Sequence record: OM728297.1
Length of the DNA stretch: 40,000 nt
Reading direction: 5' to 3' (one strand)
Source of the DNA: Bacillus phage vB_BsuM-Goe21
The notes beneath the pieces were generated by a model, which did no database searches, had not been told where the DNA came from, and saw only the letters and a list, made by a program, of their open reading frames with translations. This document shows, piece by piece, positions 25,653 to 35,359 of the stretch (positions are counted from its first letter, which is position 1; each line of letters begins with the position of its first letter). The translations under genes and the position numbers were made by a program.

Positions 25653-26624
25653 ATGGTAGATACTATTTTACTAGAAAAAATTTATCATAGAACAGAATTG
25701 GATCAATTAGATGAATGCTTTGAAGAAATACTTAATCTACTACCATCGAAGAATTTTAAAGATGCTGGTTTTAAAAGGAATATATCAAAAATAGAAAAAC
25801 TCTTGAAGAGTACTTTTAATATAGATTGTAAAATTTTTCTTCATCCAACATTAAGTAATAAAGTAAGTTATGGTATGAGAATTTTCCCTTCTTATGAAGA
25901 AATGAAAGGACAATATTTAGAAGCCATTGAATCTAAGAAAAAAGGTTATCAGTTAATCGATTGTCATAATGTATCAATTGAAATTGAAGGATCTCTTTTA
26001 AACCTATTTAAAAGAGAAGGAGCAACATCTAGAATGCTAACTGCAATTTTAATTCATGAAATTGGACATAAAGTATATGTTAAAGTTCAAAATGCTCTTA
26101 GGGATGAAGAAAATTCTAAGAATATGGCTAATATTGGTTATGGCATGGGATTAGCTATGGCAGTACTCTCTATGACCGTTAGAATGGGTAAGAGAACTTT
26201 ATCAGTTCCATTAACTGTAATGAGCCCAATTATAGGTTTTGTAGGTTTGGTTATGATTGTAATGGGTACAAGTTCTCTTATGGATTTTGTTGCAAATAAA
26301 TATTATTCAGAGAGAGAAATATATAGCGATAGCTTAGCAGTTAAATATGGATATGCCGATGAGATGTATCAGACACTCTCAATGCTTCAAAATCATACTA
26401 ACTCAACTCATAAAATTAGTACGAATGTATTTATTAATTGGATAAGGAAAAATTTAAACTTCTATTATTTAAGAAGAAAAGGAGTTATTGATGTTCTCAA
26501 GAAAGAATATCAGACTGCTGAAACAGAATTAGAGAAAGAGTTGATTAAGAAAGTACTAATTGATTTAAATAATAAGCAGAATAAAGATTTTGGTGAGGAT
26601 AATACTCTTTTATTAAAAAAATAA
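25653..26624 (+). CDS. M48-like zinc metallopeptidase with transmembrane segments (track start 25605 is upstream; ATG 25653 preferred)
   Basis: HEXXH motif ILIHEIGHKVY, downstream EIYSDSLAVKYG, two hydrophobic segments. Confidence 0.8.
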   Translation: MVDTILLEKIYHRTELDQLDECFEEILNLLPSKNFKDAGFKRNISKIEKLLKSTFNIDCKIFLHPTLSNKVSYGMRIFPSYEEMKGQYLEAIESKKKGYQLIDCHNVSIEIEGSLLNLFKREGATSRMLTAILIHEIGHKVYVKVQNALRDEENSKNMANIGYGMGLAMAVLSMTVRMGKRTLSVPLTVMSPIIGFVGLVMIVMGTSSLMDFVANKYYSEREIYSDSLAVKYGYADEMYQTLSMLQNHTNSTHKISTNVFINWIRKNLNFYYLRRKGVIDVLKKEYQTAETELEKELIKKVLIDLNNKQNKDFGEDNTLLLKK

Positions 26625-26651
26625 AGAAGGGCAAAGTATCTGTCCTTCTTT
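26623..26651. terminator. Bidirectional terminator
   Basis: AAAGAAGG / CCTTCTTT between convergent genes. Confidence 0.7.
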
Positions 26652-26658
26652 ATTGTAA

Positions 26659-26847
26659 CTATTCAGTTATTAATTGTCCAAGATTATCAACTATATTATT
26701 AGCAAATGGTCCAATATTATACAATTCATCTTCCATATCATTTAGTTCTCCGATAAATTCGCTATTGCTATCATCATCTAGTTCTACAAAATCAAAACTA
26801 ATTTCATCAATACCATCAAGTAGTTCTTTGACCTCCGCTTTGCTCAT
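26659..26847 (-). CDS. Small acidic hypothetical protein
   Basis: ORF with AGGAGG SD on minus strand. Confidence 0.65.
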   Translation of the reverse strand: MSKAEVKELLDGIDEISFDFVELDDDSNSEFIGELNDMEDELYNIGPFANNIVDNLGQLITE

Positions 26848-26921
26848 TTCAAATTCCTCCTTGAGTGAGAGTTGGTATTTCTAGATGTTTTTATTTTAAC
26901 CAGAAAACTTCATCTTGAAAC

Positions 26922-26968
26922 TCAAAAAAGAAAAAAAAATTCACCTGAACTAGTTTATGCAGGTGAAT
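26922..26968 (-). terminator. Intrinsic terminator for the 26981-27691 gene
   Basis: ATTCACCTG / CAGGTGAAT with TTTTTTTTTCTTTTTT on the minus strand. Confidence 0.9.
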
Positions 26969-26980
26969 CTCTAAGATGTC

Positions 26981-27691
26981 TTATGTTAGTTTAGTTAGTA
27001 GGATTCTAAATCCATTTACACTAACAGGGGAATATTGAATACTAAGTATTTCTCTATCTGGAAATTTCTTTCTTATATAACTCTCAGTTTCTTCATTTTC
27101 AGGAACAGCAAAATATTCCAATATAGAACTATCATCATCTGAAAATGTTATAAAAGCACCGTATAATTTATAATCAAATCCTTCTATTCCCTGTGTTCTT
27201 TTATATTCAGTGATAATCCTATCAGATATTCCCATAGTTTCTAAAGCAGTTAATATCATTTTCTCAGAAAGACTACCAAGTTTATCAATGCTTGTTAAAC
27301 TCTTTTTGCTCATAAAATCAAGTAATTTATTTAAATTATCTAAACCATGTTTCCTTAATAAGTTAAATGTTCTTAAGTCTAATAAATCTTTATCAATCTG
27401 ATAATTCATTTTATTTCTTTTACCTTCTAGTAGTTCTTCTTCTTTACATTTTTCAAATGCAGTCCATACTAATTGATTTACTCGTGATGATGATAAATTC
27501 ATTATTTGACCTACTTCTTCATTAGATAAAATTTTATCCCCACCAAATTTTATAATTACTGTTTGTAACTCATTAGGAGATATTACATTTTTGTTTCTGT
27601 TAAAGAATTTAATTACATCCTCTAATTCATAATTGATTCCAAAATATTCTATTATTTCCTTGTCAATATTTCTTCTCTCTTTTCGTACCAA
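26981..27691 (-). CDS. Transcription factor candidate: sigma region-4-like HTH plus RNAP alpha-CTD-like HhH
   Basis: LSNEEVGQIMNLSSSRVNQLVWTAFEKC (sigma4-like HTH); DLRTFNLLRKHGLDNLNKLLDFMSKKSLTSIDKLGSLSEKMILTALETMGI (alpha-CTD-like). Confidence 0.7.
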   Translation of the reverse strand: MVRKERRNIDKEIIEYFGINYELEDVIKFFNRNKNVISPNELQTVIIKFGGDKILSNEEVGQIMNLSSSRVNQLVWTAFEKCKEEELLEGKRNKMNYQIDKDLLDLRTFNLLRKHGLDNLNKLLDFMSKKSLTSIDKLGSLSEKMILTALETMGISDRIITEYKRTQGIEGFDYKLYGAFITFSDDDSSILEYFAVPENEETESYIRKKFPDREILSIQYSPVSVNGFRILLTKLT

Positions 27692-27797
27692 TGACTTTCT
27701 CTCCTTTCACTCTTTCTCATATATAATATATACTTAGTTTTATATTTTAATACGGTACAAACATTCTATTAAAATATCATAATAGGAGGTTGATTAA

Positions 27798-29768
27798 ATG
27801 TATGATTATTCTACTAGAAACCTAAGTTTTATTAAGATCTGGAAGTTTCTAAAAGATCAAGGTATAAAAAATAATAAATTCTTTTTAAAATTAAATGATG
27901 AAACATTACAAGGTGTTGATCCATATGATCCAAATTTAACTGATGAACAAAAGGTAAGAATACAGGTTGAAGTAATGACTAACTTTTGGTATTTCTTGAG
28001 GGAAGTAGTGCGAATTCCTGAATCGGGTGGTTCTATTCATTTCATGCTACACAGAGCTAATCTTGGTCAAATGTTTCTTATGGAAAATAATATTGATATG
28101 ATTGAAATACTGCCTCGTCAGAATGGAAAAACAATTGGGGCTGTATGTCGATATATATGGGTATACCATTGGGCTACCAAAAATACTCATATGATTTTTA
28201 GTAATAAACAGTACGCCGATTCCCAATTAAATATTAAACGTTTCAATGATATAACAGAATTATTACCAAGTTATTTAAAAACGCATTTAGATCCTAAAAA
28301 AGATACAAATAACTTAGCTCAAATTTCATGTGCAAAGAATAATAATAAAATTGATGCAATGAGTACTGCTAGGACTGTTACTGACGCTGACAAATTAGGA
28401 AGGGGTTGTACTGTTCCCATCATCTGGTATGATGAATTTGCGTTTTTAAAATATAATGATACGGTATACGCTAGTGCAGCACCAGCACTATCAAAGGCGT
28501 CAGAAGCCGCACAGCGTAATGGTACTCCTTATGGGAAATTAATTACAACTACACCAAATGATCTTGATACAGAAATGGGTAAATATTGTAAGGGTATGAT
28601 TGATGATGCATGTCCATTTGATGAAGCTTGGTATGATTGGGATATTGATGAAATTAAAAAATATATTGAACAGAACTCTCGAAATGACTTTGTTTATTTA
28701 GTATTTAATTATAAAGAGTTAGGACATGATGACAAATGGTATCAAAAACAATGCCGTCAGCTCAATAATGACTTATTAAAAATTAAACGTGAAATATTAT
28801 TGGAATGGACATTGGCTAACGATACTTCGCCTTTTTCAGAGGAACAATTAGCAGAAATTGGACAACATGCAGGTGAACCTATTGGTAAGTTTTATGTAAT
28901 GAAAAGATATAAATTTGAAATTTTCAGTGAAATGCGAAATATATTTAAAAAATCATGGCTGATCGGTATAGATATTGGAGCAGGTTTGAATCGAGATTTT
29001 ACAGTGATATCTATTATTGATCCTAAAGATATGGTTCAAAAAGCAGTATTTAGAAGTAATAATATATCTTTACCTGATTTAAAAGATTTGGTTATACACC
29101 TAGTATTAGAATTTTGTCCTAATGGTGTCATTATTCCAGAACGAAATAACTTAGGTATCTCTTTAATACAAGATCTACTACGTTCAGAAGTAGCTAATAA
29201 CTTATATTATGAAGTTAGAGAAGTAAAGGGAGAAAAGAAAGTTGATGACCCAAAAAGATCATCTAAAAAGACAGTTAAGACTAAAACAAGAGTTTATGGG
29301 GTTACTACTAGTAAAGATAGTCGGGATATAATGATCAATGAGATTCTTAGTAATGCAGTTAATGATACTCCACATGTGTTTACAAGTAAATATATTTTTG
29401 AAGAATTAAGAACATTAGAAAGAAATAAGAAAGGAAAGATTGAACATAGGGATGGAGGTCATGATGATACATTATTCTCATGGCTAGTGGCATGCTATGC
29501 TTTCTTATATGGAAATAATATAAATAAATTTGTTAAAGTCATCAGTGATGGCGATAATAATGAGAATGAAGAAAATAATAAAGATAGAGCTAGAAATATT
29601 CATGCATTGTCTAAAATTAATAGTGGTGAAAAATCACAGAGTGAAATATTATTAGAAATGTATAAGAATGAAAGTAGATTCTTTGAAGATCATAATGAGA
29701 ATGATAATAATATTAGAAAGCAAAAAAGAATGAAAAGCCTAAATTTTATTACTAGTTTAAATAGATAA
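27798..29768 (+). CDS. Terminase large subunit
   Basis: Walker A LPRQNGKT, Walker B VPIIWYDEFAFL, nuclease motif LIGIDIGAGLNRDFTVI, C-terminal DGGHDD. Confidence 0.93.
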   Translation: MYDYSTRNLSFIKIWKFLKDQGIKNNKFFLKLNDETLQGVDPYDPNLTDEQKVRIQVEVMTNFWYFLREVVRIPESGGSIHFMLHRANLGQMFLMENNIDMIEILPRQNGKTIGAVCRYIWVYHWATKNTHMIFSNKQYADSQLNIKRFNDITELLPSYLKTHLDPKKDTNNLAQISCAKNNNKIDAMSTARTVTDADKLGRGCTVPIIWYDEFAFLKYNDTVYASAAPALSKASEAAQRNGTPYGKLITTTPNDLDTEMGKYCKGMIDDACPFDEAWYDWDIDEIKKYIEQNSRNDFVYLVFNYKELGHDDKWYQKQCRQLNNDLLKIKREILLEWTLANDTSPFSEEQLAEIGQHAGEPIGKFYVMKRYKFEIFSEMRNIFKKSWLIGIDIGAGLNRDFTVISIIDPKDMVQKAVFRSNNISLPDLKDLVIHLVLEFCPNGVIIPERNNLGISLIQDLLRSEVANNLYYEVREVKGEKKVDDPKRSSKKTVKTKTRVYGVTTSKDSRDIMINEILSNAVNDTPHVFTSKYIFEELRTLERNKKGKIEHRDGGHDDTLFSWLVACYAFLYGNNINKFVKVISDGDNNENEENNKDRARNIHALSKINSGEKSQSEILLEMYKNESRFFEDHNENDNNIRKQKRMKSLNFITSLNR

Positions 29769-29771
29769 ATG

Positions 29772-29806
29772 AAAGAATGTAGATGAAAATCTACATTCTT
29801 TTTTAT
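29772..29806 (+). terminator. Intrinsic terminator
   Basis: AAAGAATGTAGAT-GAAA-ATCTACATTCTTT then TTT. Confidence 0.92.
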
Positions 29807-29853
29807 ATTGAAGAGAATTACTAACAAATTCATATGAATTTAATTAAAATTAG

Positions 29854-30648
29854 TTGACATATATAGGAGGAAGTCTAATGGCTGAAATGATGGATGAGCA
29901 AGAAGCAAAATTTTTAACAGATGAGGATATTGATCATGTAATTACATCTTTATCAGATGATATTATTTTTGATAGTTTGAAAGAACAGATTAGCAATGTA
30001 TTTGTACAATCTGATAGTAATCCAGTATACTATATTACTTATTTTACTGGTAAATATAATTATATTATGAATAAATATTCAGAGTATGAAGAAGTATGTG
30101 AAAAAATAAAAGAAATTAGAGAAGAATTTTATGAAAAACTTAAAACACTAATTGAAGAAAAATTTGATTTTACATTAAATTTACCTGCATTCTTTGATGA
30201 TGAAGAGAAGTTTAATATTATTGGGAACCTTTATGATTTCTTCATAATTAGAAATAAAGTAAATTCAGTTAATGTTATCTCTGGATATATTGACAAAGAA
30301 ATTAAGGATCTCATTAAATACTATAAACCTTTAATTGATAAAAAAGATCTTACCTATAATAACATCAAAAAGACTATTAATAAAGATATTGCAGTAATTA
30401 TTTGTAAACTACCTGACATTATTTCAAATCTGACAGTGGAGTCTGGGTTTGATCTAGTACAGCTAATGATAGATGATGAACAAGAAATTACGAATATGGT
30501 TATTGGTACTTTATTTGATGAGAATACTGAATATATTAATATTGGAGAAAGCTTTATTGATAATATTCTTAATGCTATTAAGAAAAATGAAGTATATTAC
30601 TTGCAGGCTAGAACTCAATTAGTAAATAAATATTCAGATAAAAAATAA
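29854..30648 (+). CDS. Hypothetical protein (track start 29854; ATG at 29878 after AGGAGG is more likely)
   Basis: ORF with AGGAGG SD upstream of MAEMMDEQEAK. Confidence 0.75.
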   Translation: MTYIGGSLMAEMMDEQEAKFLTDEDIDHVITSLSDDIIFDSLKEQISNVFVQSDSNPVYYITYFTGKYNYIMNKYSEYEEVCEKIKEIREEFYEKLKTLIEEKFDFTLNLPAFFDDEEKFNIIGNLYDFFIIRNKVNSVNVISGYIDKEIKDLIKYYKPLIDKKDLTYNNIKKTINKDIAVIICKLPDIISNLTVESGFDLVQLMIDDEQEITNMVIGTLFDENTEYINIGESFIDNILNAIKKNEVYYLQARTQLVNKYSDKK

Positions 30649-30668
30649 ATTATTGGAGGACTATATAA

Positions 30669-31379
30669 ATGGCAATTATTGATAGTAAAAATAATGACAT
30701 GATTAAAACAATGAAAGGACTTCAAGAAAGTTCAGAATCACTATTAAAAACTTTTAAAGATTTAGGTTTAGATAAAGAAAATAAAGAAGAGTTTGAGATA
30801 TTAGAAAAGTCTGCTAATGAAATTAAGCAAGAATTTGATACTATTGCTACAATTGAGGAAGAAGTTAAGAAATATTCTGGCTGTAGTGCTTTTATTAAAC
30901 AGCTAGAAGAGGTTCTTGAAGATGATTCACAGAGTGAAGAATTAAAAGAAAAAATTAAGAGACAGATTTTTATGATTAAAAGTAGTTATAATTTTAAAGC
31001 ATTTAGTGAATTACAACCTACTTTAAAGCCTAAAACTTTACTTAATAATTATAAAGCATTACGAAATAAAGCTGAAAATAAATTAAAGAATAATAATACT
31101 TTTACATTTAATACATCCTTTTATTTAGAAAAAATGATTAAAGGAGTATTACCAGATGATTTGAAATCTTATTCTAGAATGACAGCGTCATATATTTATG
31201 CTTTTATTAATACTGCTTCTCTTAAGCGAGGCGGTTATGCTATCTTTGTTGGATTCTTAATTAACAATATTAATAATTTAGATAAAGAATATCCAGAAAA
31301 AGAAGAATTGGTTAATAATCTTATCAAATTAACTCAATTACTAAAAGATGAATTAATTGGTAGTGCTAAAACAAAATAA
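30669..31379 (+). CDS. Hypothetical helical protein
   Basis: ORF with GGAGG SD. Confidence 0.75.
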   Translation: MAIIDSKNNDMIKTMKGLQESSESLLKTFKDLGLDKENKEEFEILEKSANEIKQEFDTIATIEEEVKKYSGCSAFIKQLEEVLEDDSQSEELKEKIKRQIFMIKSSYNFKAFSELQPTLKPKTLLNNYKALRNKAENKLKNNNTFTFNTSFYLEKMIKGVLPDDLKSYSRMTASYIYAFINTASLKRGGYAIFVGFLINNINNLDKEYPEKEELVNNLIKLTQLLKDELIGSAKTK

Positions 31380-31383
31380 ATAA

Positions 31384-31430
31384 AATAAGTAAACCTATAT
31401 ATTAAATTATATATAGGTTTACTTATTATT
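31384..31430 (+). terminator. Intrinsic terminator
   Basis: 19-bp stem AATAAGTAAACCTATATAT / ATATATAGGTTTACTTATT. Confidence 0.85.
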
Positions 31431-31474
31431 AAAACATAATATTGAACTACTAAGTCATGAAAGGAGTTTAACAA

Positions 31475-32221
31475 TTGAAATATAATTTTTTAAAGAAAGT
31501 TGATAATAAAATAATTTTTGATGGTGAATATATGGAAGTTTATATTCCTAAAGACTATTTTTCAAAAGGAATTGCTAGTTATCATGGTGATATGGTGAAT
31601 ACATTAGGGGTTTTTAACTTTATGGTTTACACTCAACCAAAAGAATCCAAAAATAAAGGTGAGATTCATCTATTAAAGCTTCCTATGGAAATAAAGTTTG
31701 AATTTACAACATACCATGATATATCTACTAAATTAAGAGCAGACTTAGATAAGGACGATTATAGAGTTTTTCAATTGGAAAAAGGCTCTGTATTCATTGA
31801 TAATGTTATTAAAGAACAATCTGCTGAAAACAGTAAAAAATTTATTTACCTACTTCATGGTGGAAAATTACCTAAATCACTAAAGTACAGTGATATAATT
31901 GACTTATATCATGAAAGTATCTCTTTAAATAAAGTAAAATTAAATAACCCATCAGTAATATTTGAATTAATCATTGCTGAACTATGTCGCTATAGAAATA
32001 ATACAGAAGTTCCATTTAGAATGATGATTGGTAAAGAGAATGCTAAAGTATCTGACTATGACTATAATAATATAGCTCTTAAGAAATTACCTGCTATTAA
32101 CTCAACATTTAATGCAATGACATTTGAAGATATTAACCAAGCCATTATATCTTCAATTCGTAAAACTCGTAATAATGAGAATGAAAATCCATCACCTGTA
32201 GAAAGAATAATTAAGTACTAA
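31475..32221 (+). CDS. Hypothetical protein, possible neck/tail completion protein by position
   Basis: TTG start with AAAGGAG SD; between terminase and sheath. Confidence 0.7.
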   Translation: MKYNFLKKVDNKIIFDGEYMEVYIPKDYFSKGIASYHGDMVNTLGVFNFMVYTQPKESKNKGEIHLLKLPMEIKFEFTTYHDISTKLRADLDKDDYRVFQLEKGSVFIDNVIKEQSAENSKKFIYLLHGGKLPKSLKYSDIIDLYHESISLNKVKLNNPSVIFELIIAELCRYRNNTEVPFRMMIGKENAKVSDYDYNNIALKKLPAINSTFNAMTFEDINQAIISSIRKTRNNENENPSPVERIIKY

Positions 32222-32286
32222 AATTTTCTTATTTGTAAAAGAACATTTAATTAATGAAATAAAGATTTCTGTAAAGGAGAGATAAA

Positions 32287-35250
32287 ATGGCTACTGAAGC
32301 TAGTACATCACAATCAATTTCTACTGGTACTGAAGTAAGTCCTACTTGGTTACACCCAAGCGTTACAAGTGTAATCAATAGTGAAGAGATCACTTATCAA
32401 AGTGGCTCTGGACAACAAAAAATGCTTTCTATCTTTACTTCTGAAAAAGGTGAAGATAATAAACTAGTACTATATACTGATCCTGATGAATTTATTGCCA
32501 AAACTGGTAATCCAAATCTTAAAAAATATGGTCAATCAGCTTATAACATCATTAACTGGTTAAAGGCTGGTGGTGAAGTTTATGGTATGCGTGTAATGCC
32601 TGATAATGCAGGTTTTGCTCATGCATTCTTAAATGTTCTTTCTAAAGTTGATACTAAAAAAGTCAAGGATAAGGACGGTAATGCTGTTTCCTATAAAAAT
32701 GTTACATTGAAACCAGCAGTTGCTTATTCAGATGTAAATAATGTATCTGAAACATTATTAAATTATGAATTAAATAAAGATAGATCATCTGATGAGACTA
32801 TTGATGGATTTAAGAATCACTTATTATTTGCAGTCTATCCTACAGGACGAGGAAGTGCATATAATAACTTGGGATTCCGAATCACTCTAAATACTTCTTA
32901 TGATGAACAACACGATTTCCGTGTTTATAACTTTGAAGTAATTAGATATGATGAATATAATACCGCTAATATTATTGAAGGACCATTTTATGTATCTTTG
33001 AGTCCAGATGCTCTTTCTTCATCTAATGAAAGTATGTTTATTGCAGATGTAGTTAATAAATATTCTACTCATTTAAGATGTATGTTTAATGAAGATGCTT
33101 TCCTTGATCTTTGTCGTACTATTAATCCAGATGTTTCTCCATCTAAGATTGATCCACTAACAGGTAAGACAAGAACTGTTCGAGGTGTAGTTGATACTTT
33201 CTATAGTAACATTACTAAGAAATTTGAAGATACACATATTTCTTTACACCGCTATGATACTAATGGAAATGTTATGACTGATTCTAACGATAATCCAATC
33301 TTGAATATTATTGATGCTGGTGATCTAATTGAGCAATCAATTCTATTGGCAGATAACACTTATCGTAAACGTATGTATGAAAGATATCTTGCTGGTATCG
33401 ATTATATGAAACAAGTGTTCAATAGTATTGAAAATAATGATTATAATACAATCATTACTAAATTGCTTTATACTCCTGATGGTGTAACTCCTGAATCTGG
33501 TTTAATTCCAGAAATGGTTGAAAAGCTAAATGGTTATCATACTACTATTCAAAACCTTGTAACAGTATTTAATAGTAGTCATTTAGAATCAGATTTCAAT
33601 CGGATTGTCACTGAGAATACTCTTGTTGAACAAGGCATTAAAGATATTATGAGTCTGATTGGTCAACTTCTAAGTTATCATAAAGCATTAGAAATGAGTT
33701 CAACAGTTCTTGATCTAGATGAGAAAGTTAATTCTGTTTACAACAAGTTAAATCTTAAAGAGATTATTGATATCCGTGCAGTTTCTAAAAAAGATAAGAT
33801 TAATGAAATTTCTGACACTATTCTTACTTTAAAAGGAACTGGTGATGAAGATGAACAAGCAAGTGCTTTAACCTCTATTCTTTCTGATGTTAAAACAACT
33901 ATTGATTATCTTCTTATGATCATCAATGAAAATTCTCTATCTGCTACAGATATTAACCAAGCAGTAACTCGTTATAATGCAATCATTGATATGTATAATG
34001 CTATCTTTGATCCAATTGTATCTAATGATGCGGCTAAAACTATTCTTGCTAATATTTATAACAGTCTAGATGAATTAGTTGCAGATCTTTATAATATTTG
34101 TGAACTTGCTATCGTTAATATTGATTTACTTATTATTGACGATATTATTAGTAAGAAAATTGCAAATATTGTATCTGGTATTGTTCCTGTAACATATACT
34201 AATACTGAATTGTATGCACAAAAGGTTTCTACAACTGAAGGCAAGGCTGAACTCTTATCTAGTATTCGTAAGAATATTGATAACTCTACAGCTGTTGTAA
34301 CTGTGATGAAATCTATTGTCTATACTACTCAGCTTCAAGATTTTAATTCTCCTGCTATTTTTATGAATGGTAGTGATGGTGATCTTGATGAAAGTAATCC
34401 TACACTTAAGAGTAAAACTATGTTGAGCCTCCTAGTTAAAGGATATCAAGGATTAATTGATGATAGTGTTACTAATCGTAAAGTTGCTCCTTTCCAATTT
34501 GTATTAGATGCTAACTATCCAACAGATGTTAAGAATGCAATTGTTACATTGGCGAGAGATATCCGTAAAGATATTTTCTTCTATGCAGATTCTGGTATTC
34601 AGGCTAGTCCAGCAGATGCTATTAGTTGGAGAAATGCTTCTTTCAATGTATCTTCCCAATTCCTTGGAATTTATACTCAAGACTTCGTAGTTTATGATGA
34701 GTATAATGGAAGAGATATTAAAGTAACACCAACTTATTTCTTGGCTACTAAAATTCCTAGTGTTGCATCTCAATATGGATTGCAATATCCAATTGCAGGT
34801 AATAAACGTGGTACAATTGATGGATTTAAGTCTATTAGTTATGTACCAAATGAATCTTATAAAGAACAATTATATACTCGTCAATTGAACTATGTAGAAC
34901 ATGATAGTAAACGTACTAAGTTTGGTAGTCAATTAACAGCTGATATGCAAAGAACTCCATTATCTAATATCAATAACGCTATCATTGCTCTTGATATTAA
35001 ACGTAATGTTGAGGAAATGGCTGAAGATTATCAATTCGAATTTGAAGATGATGAAACTATCAGAACATTCCAGTACAATCTTAATGATTATCTATCTACC
35101 TACATTTCTAATAGAAGTTGTGATGAAATTTCTGCAAATGTTTATGCATCTGATTATGATAAAACTCAACAGATTCTTCGTGTTAGAATCGAAGTTAAGT
35201 TTAAAGCGGTTGTTGAACGCATCGTAATTAGTATTGATGTAGTTAAGTAA
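32287..35250 (+). CDS. Tail sheath protein (987 aa)
   Basis: N-terminal PTWLHPSVTS...GNPNLKKYGQSAYNIINWLKAGGEVYGMRVMPDNAG and C-terminal RGTIDGFKSISYVPNES / INNAIIALDIKRNVEEMAEDYQFE: contractile sheath pattern; tube gene follows. Confidence 0.85.
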   Translation: MATEASTSQSISTGTEVSPTWLHPSVTSVINSEEITYQSGSGQQKMLSIFTSEKGEDNKLVLYTDPDEFIAKTGNPNLKKYGQSAYNIINWLKAGGEVYGMRVMPDNAGFAHAFLNVLSKVDTKKVKDKDGNAVSYKNVTLKPAVAYSDVNNVSETLLNYELNKDRSSDETIDGFKNHLLFAVYPTGRGSAYNNLGFRITLNTSYDEQHDFRVYNFEVIRYDEYNTANIIEGPFYVSLSPDALSSSNESMFIADVVNKYSTHLRCMFNEDAFLDLCRTINPDVSPSKIDPLTGKTRTVRGVVDTFYSNITKKFEDTHISLHRYDTNGNVMTDSNDNPILNIIDAGDLIEQSILLADNTYRKRMYERYLAGIDYMKQVFNSIENNDYNTIITKLLYTPDGVTPESGLIPEMVEKLNGYHTTIQNLVTVFNSSHLESDFNRIVTENTLVEQGIKDIMSLIGQLLSYHKALEMSSTVLDLDEKVNSVYNKLNLKEIIDIRAVSKKDKINEISDTILTLKGTGDEDEQASALTSILSDVKTTIDYLLMIINENSLSATDINQAVTRYNAIIDMYNAIFDPIVSNDAAKTILANIYNSLDELVADLYNICELAIVNIDLLIIDDIISKKIANIVSGIVPVTYTNTELYAQKVSTTEGKAELLSSIRKNIDNSTAVVTVMKSIVYTTQLQDFNSPAIFMNGSDGDLDESNPTLKSKTMLSLLVKGYQGLIDDSVTNRKVAPFQFVLDANYPTDVKNAIVTLARDIRKDIFFYADSGIQASPADAISWRNASFNVSSQFLGIYTQDFVVYDEYNGRDIKVTPTYFLATKIPSVASQYGLQYPIAGNKRGTIDGFKSISYVPNESYKEQLYTRQLNYVEHDSKRTKFGSQLTADMQRTPLSNINNAIIALDIKRNVEEMAEDYQFEFEDDETIRTFQYNLNDYLSTYISNRSCDEISANVYASDYDKTQQILRVRIEVKFKAVVERIVISIDVVK

Positions 35251-35262
35251 TACAGTAATAAT

Positions 35263-35310
35263 GTATAGTGTGAGGATAATTGCCTCACACTATACTATTT
35301 ATAATAATTA
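35263..35310 (+). terminator. Intrinsic terminator
   Basis: GTATAGTGTGAGG / CCTCACACTATAC. Confidence 0.85.
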
Positions 35311-35359
35311 AACATATTGATATAGAACTTTTATATTATGAGAGAAAGGTGAATGATTA

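Noticed and set aside
27210-27401. Plus-strand 63-aa ORF
   Set aside because: Antisense to the sigma4/alpha-CTD-like gene.
34504-35227. ORFs on both strands overlapping the tail sheath C-terminus
   Set aside because: Overlap the conserved sheath frame; no SD or independent features.
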